NCBI GenBank assembly: GCA_902522465.1
Contig: CABYVV010000002.1
Span: 65,764-129,763, forward strand
From: an uncultured Alphaproteobacteria bacterium
GTDB lineage: Bacteria; Pseudomonadota; Alphaproteobacteria; Methylaequorales; Methylaequoraceae
Reading direction: 5' to 3'
DNA: 64,000 nt
Shown: positions 60,517-64,000 of the stretch, one piece after another
Numbering within the stretch: position 1 is the first letter of the stretch
Layout of the letters: the number at the start of each line of letters is the position of its first letter
The notes under the pieces: generated by a model
What the model was told of the DNA's origin: nothing
Databases searched by the model: none
The model's input: only the letters and a program-made list of their open reading frames with translations
Translations under genes and position numbers: made by a program

Positions 60517-61941
60517 ATGTTTGAAAACTTAGATTATAAAATTGAGACTTTCTTGAAGCCCATCTCTGATTTAATTACTAATGTAGTATTCGGGAGTTTC
60601 ACAATACTTGGAAACCAGATTCCGTTTATTGTATTATGGTTAGTTTTTGCAAGTCTTTATTTTTCTTTCTATTTTAATTTTGTAAATATATTTTACTTCA
60701 AAAGAGCACTAAAAGTTGCTTTTGGTAAATATGACAACCCTAATCATCCTGGAGAGATAACTCATTTTCAGTCTTTTACTGCTGCGATGTCAGGTACAAT
60801 TGGCCTTGGCAATATTGCCGGTGTGGCAGTGGCAATTTCTATAGGAGGGCCAGGAGCTATGCTTTGGATGATCATAACAGCTTTTTTTGGAATGACATTA
60901 AAATTTGTAGAAGTAAGTTTAGGACATAAATACAGAGTTATTCATGAAGATGGAACTGTTTCTGGAGGGGCAATAAGGTATCTTTCAGATGGTCTTGGAC
61001 AACTTGGATATGTGAAAATTGGAAAATTATTAGCAGTTTTTTTTGCTATTTGTTGTATAGGTGGATCATTTGGTGGAGGCAATATGTTCCAAGCAAATCA
61101 GGCATTTCAGCAAATTGTAGAGGCAACTGGTTCACAAAACAGTCCATTTTATAATAAAGGTTGGCTTGGAGGTTTAATTTTTGCTGTAATTGTTGGTGCT
61201 ATAATTATTGGCGGAATAAAGTCTATAGGAAAAGTGACAGAAAAATTAGTTCCATTGATGGCTTTTGTTTATATTATATCCTGCCTGTATATTATACTTT
61301 CCAATTTTTCTTTACTTCCAGAAACTTTTGGTAAGATTTTCATCAATGCCTTTAGTATAGATGCATCTGTCGGGGGATTGATTGGATCTTTAATTGCTGG
61401 TGTAAAAAGAGCTGTTTTTTCTAATGAGTCTGGAATTGGATCGGCACCGATTGCGTATGCTGCTGCAAAAAGTGACAATCACCTTAATACCGGTTTTATG
61501 TCTTTATTATCTCCTGTAGTTGATACTATTATAGTTTGTTCAATGACAGCTTTAGTAATTGTAATAACTGGTGTTTATGAAAATGATTCAGGTATTCAAG
61601 GTGTTGAATTGACTTCTAGAGCATTTCAGTCTGTTTTAAGTTGGTTCCCCACAATTCTAGCATTAGCAATAACTTTGTTTGCAATTTCCACACTTATTAC
61701 ATGGTCCTATTATGGTTTGCGATGTTGGACATACTTGTTTGGAATTGGAAAAATTAGCAAATATTCTTTTAAGTTAATTTTTCTAAGTTTTACAGTAATT
61801 GGCGCATCAATGAATCTTGAGAGTGTTATCAATTTTTCAGATTCAATGATCTTTGCCATGTCAGTTCCAAATATTATAGGATTGTATTTTTTATCTTCTG
61901 AACTGAAGAAAGATATAACTAAACTAGAGGGTAAATATTAA
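60517..61941 (+). CDS. Alanine/glycine:cation symporter (AGCS family)
   Basis: 474-aa polytopic ORF. 'GEITHFQSFTAAMSGTIGLGNIAGVAVAISIGGPGAMLWM' and 'RAVFSNESGIGSAPIAYAAAK' are AGCS signatures. Confidence 0.92.
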   Translation: MFENLDYKIETFLKPISDLITNVVFGSFTILGNQIPFIVLWLVFASLYFSFYFNFVNIFYFKRALKVAFGKYDNPNHPGEITHFQSFTAAMSGTIGLGNIAGVAVAISIGGPGAMLWMIITAFFGMTLKFVEVSLGHKYRVIHEDGTVSGGAIRYLSDGLGQLGYVKIGKLLAVFFAICCIGGSFGGGNMFQANQAFQQIVEATGSQNSPFYNKGWLGGLIFAVIVGAIIIGGIKSIGKVTEKLVPLMAFVYIISCLYIILSNFSLLPETFGKIFINAFSIDASVGGLIGSLIAGVKRAVFSNESGIGSAPIAYAAAKSDNHLNTGFMSLLSPVVDTIIVCSMTALVIVITGVYENDSGIQGVELTSRAFQSVLSWFPTILALAITLFAISTLITWSYYGLRCWTYLFGIGKISKYSFKLIFLSFTVIGASMNLESVINFSDSMIFAMSVPNIIGLYFLSSELKKDITKLEGKY

Positions 61942-61942
61942 A

Positions 61943-62377
61943 ATGGAAAAAATAGTTATTGCAAGCGACCATGCAGGCTTTGAATTAAAGAAAATATTTA
62001 TCGATAATTCAGAAATCAAATCAAGATTTTTAGATTTAGGTCCATTTTCGTCAGAATCAGTTGATTATCCTGATTATGCTAAAAAACTATCACTATTGAT
62101 TCAAACCAGTGAATATAAAAAAGGTGTTTTAATTTGTGGTTCAGGAATTGGTATGTCAATGGTTGCTAATAGATTTGATAATGTTAGAGCTGCGTTGTGT
62201 ATGAATCAAGAAATGGCAAGGTTGTCTAGGCAACACAACAATGCAAATATTTTAGTTTTAGGTTCAAGGTTGATTTCTGCAGCAGAAGCTATTAAATGTT
62301 TAATAGTCTTTCTTGATACTAATTATGAAGGTGGACGTCATCAGGCTAGACTTGATAAATTTAATTTAGTAGGATAA
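61943..62377 (+). CDS. rpiB: Ribose-5-phosphate isomerase B
   Basis: 144 aa. '[13 protein letters not shown]', '[17 protein letters not shown]', '[17 protein letters not shown]' and '[12 protein letters not shown]' are RpiB/LacAB motifs. Confidence 0.93.
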   Translation: MEKIVIASDHAGFELKKIFIDNSEIKSRFLDLGPFSSESVDYPDYAKKLSLLIQTSEYKKGVLICGSGIGMSMVANRFDNVRAALCMNQEMARLSRQHNNANILVLGSRLISAAEAIKCLIVFLDTNYEGGRHQARLDKFNLVG

Positions 62378-62396
62378 TAATTTAAACGGAGACAAC

Positions 62397-63680
62397 ATGA
62401 CAGCACAAGTTTTTTTTGAGAGTAGTCTAACGCAGACAGACCCAGCAGTACTAGATGCCATTAAAAATGAGTATCACAGACAAAATGATCAGATTGAATT
62501 AATTGCATCAGAGAATATAGTTTCTAAAGCAGTTTTAGAAGCTCAAGGTACAATCCTAACTAACAAATACGCTGAAGGCTATTCAGGTAAGAGGTATTAT
62601 GGTGGTTGTGAGCATGTTGACGTTGTTGAAGATATATGTATTGAAAGGATTAAAAAGCTTTTTAACGCTGGATATGCTAATGTACAGGTTCACTCAGGGT
62701 CTCAGGCCAATCAAGCAGTTTTTCTTGCATTACTTAAACCTGGCGACACAATTATGGGTATGTCTCTCGCAGCAGGTGGTCACCTAACCCACGGGGCACC
62801 TCCTAACGAATCTGGTAAATGGTTTAACGCAATACAGTACGGAGTAAAAAAAGATACTGCACTTATCGATTATGAAGAGGTAGAAAGCTTAGCTCTTGAA
62901 CATAAACCCAAACTTTTAATTGCTGGAGGATCATCTTATCCTCGAATTATTGACTTCAAAAAATTTAAGGACATTGCCGATAAAGTTGGAGCATTATTTC
63001 TTGTCGATATGGCTCATTTTGCAGGACTTGTGGCTACTGGACTTTATCCAAATCCGTTAGAGTTTGCAGACGTTGTTACTTCTACAACCCATAAAACATT
63101 AAGAGGGCCAAGAGGTGGTATTATTTTGACAAATGATGAAGGTCATGCAAAAAAAATTAATTCTGCAGTTTTTCCAGGACTACAAGGAGGTCCTCTAATG
63201 CATGTTATATGTGCTAAGGCTGTGGCATTTGGGGAAGCACTTCAACCAGACTTTAAAAAATACATTGAATCAGTTGTATCAAACTCTAAAACTTTATCAG
63301 ATGTAATGCTTGAAAGAGGTTTAGAAGTTGTTTCAGGCGGAACCGATACTCATTTAGTTCTTGTGGATTTAAGACCTAAGAATCTTACTGGTAAAGCAGC
63401 AGAGAAATCTCTAGAAAATGCTGGTATTACATGTAACAAGAACGGTGTGCCTTTTGACCCTCAAAGTCCATTTGTAACTTCTGGAATTAGGTTGGGTACT
63501 CCTGCAGGAACAAGCAGGGGATTTGGAACAGAGGAATTTAAAATCGTAGGTAATTTGATTGGTGACGTTTTAGACGGTCTATCCTTAAATCCGGATGACA
63601 ACTCAAAAGTTGAAAAGGAAGTAAAATCAAAAGTAAAATCTTTATGTGGAAAATTTCCTATTTATAGTACTGCTATATAA
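62397..63680 (+). CDS. glyA: Serine hydroxymethyltransferase
   Basis: 427 aa. '[39 protein letters not shown]' and '[16 protein letters not shown]' are canonical GlyA motifs. Confidence 0.97.
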   Translation: MTAQVFFESSLTQTDPAVLDAIKNEYHRQNDQIELIASENIVSKAVLEAQGTILTNKYAEGYSGKRYYGGCEHVDVVEDICIERIKKLFNAGYANVQVHSGSQANQAVFLALLKPGDTIMGMSLAAGGHLTHGAPPNESGKWFNAIQYGVKKDTALIDYEEVESLALEHKPKLLIAGGSSYPRIIDFKKFKDIADKVGALFLVDMAHFAGLVATGLYPNPLEFADVVTSTTHKTLRGPRGGIILTNDEGHAKKINSAVFPGLQGGPLMHVICAKAVAFGEALQPDFKKYIESVVSNSKTLSDVMLERGLEVVSGGTDTHLVLVDLRPKNLTGKAAEKSLENAGITCNKNGVPFDPQSPFVTSGIRLGTPAGTSRGFGTEEFKIVGNLIGDVLDGLSLNPDDNSKVEKEVKSKVKSLCGKFPIYSTAI

Positions 63681-63734
63681 TAGACAATTAAATACGACTA
63701 AAAAAGATGCTTGATTTTTGTAAGGAAGCTATGT

Positions 63735-64000
63735 ATGAGATGCCCATTTTGCGGTCATGACGAAACACAAGTCAAAGATTCAAGACCATCTGAAGACAAC
63801 AGTTCAATAAGAAGAAGAAGACAATGCCCCGCGTGTGCTGCTAGATTCACTACTTTTGAAAGAGTTCAGTTAAGAGAGTTAATGGTAATTAAGAAAGATG
63901 ACTCAAGAACAGTATTTGATAGAGAAAAACTTGTCAGATCTATTCACATATCATGTAGAAAAAGGCCAGTAAATGCAGATCAAATTGAGCTAGTAGCAAA
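63735..64000 (+). CDS. nrdR: Transcriptional repressor NrdR (N-terminal part; runs off the window)
   Basis: Hand translation gives [66 protein letters not shown]. This is the NrdR zinc ribbon plus the start of the ATP-cone. Confidence 0.9.
   Translation, partial: MRCPFCGHDETQVKDSRPSEDNSSIRRRRQCPACAARFTTFERVQLRELMVIKKDDSRTVFDREKLVRSIHISCRKRPVNADQIELVA

Noticed and set aside
60492-62396. A glycine riboswitch in front of the AGCS symporter or glyA.
   Set aside because: The upstream gaps are only 25 and 19 nt, and no GGAGAG...CACCG-type conserved cores are visible.
1-64000. A search for rRNA, tRNA, tmRNA, CRISPR arrays, IS elements and prophage genes.
   Set aside because: No tRNA-like GC-rich cloverleaf segments (for example GGTTCGAAT T-loops), regularly spaced direct repeats, terminal inverted repeats or phage or transposase motifs were seen on either strand. 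Intergenic space is almost fully accounted for by the promoters and terminators listed.

Overview
This is a 64-kb window from a visibly AT-rich, tightly packed bacterial chromosome. Intergenic gaps are short, many start/stop codons overlap, and I found no rRNA, tRNA, CRISPR, IS element or integrase. Gene content and synteny look alphaproteobacterial and like a streamlined marine genome. Supporting examples are slt / dapA-smpB-folK-rpoZ-spoT, pdxJ-lepB-rnc-era-recO, a single-domain FlgJ, sfuABC-type iron uptake, ibpA, metY and glyA. I cannot confirm the lineage without a database search. The window has three blocks. (1) 0.2-8.7 kb, all on the minus strand, is a surface or flagellin glycan island. 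It holds a TylF-type methyltransferase, a short NeuB-family synthase, a CMP-nonulosonate synthetase fused to a KdsC-like phosphatase, and an E1/RfbH-type 3-dehydrase with an exact C-X57-C-X1-C-X7-C iron-sulfur motif and the Lys-to-His substitution. It also holds a GT2, a TPR-GT9 protein and a WaaL/Wzy-like membrane protein. (2) 10.7-30.7 kb is a late flagellar locus: flgG-H-I-J, a giant 1696-aa flgK, flgL, four flagellin genes in three sequence classes, fliD and three FliS-like chaperone paralogs. A ClC homolog lacking the gating glutamate is embedded in it. Four sigma54-type (TGGCAY-N5-TTGCW) motifs and three sigma28-like (CTAAA-N14/15-GTCGTTWW) motifs lie upstream of its genes. (3) 30.8-64 kb is housekeeping and transport. 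It includes a BASS symporter, mop plus tupBC-like genes, Fe3+ ABC genes with a Fur-box-like site, and ibpA with a 29-bp perfect palindrome over its promoter. It also includes the stringent-response and RNA-processing genes, a serine/glyoxylate/glycerate module, hemB, metY, bioF-(H-like)-C-D-A, an AGCS symporter, rpiB, glyA and the start of nrdR. The most unusual biology is the combination of a multi-flagellin, multi-FliS filament system with a giant repeat-bearing hook-associated protein and an adjacent dideoxyhexose/nonulosonate glycan island, in a genome of otherwise minimalist style.
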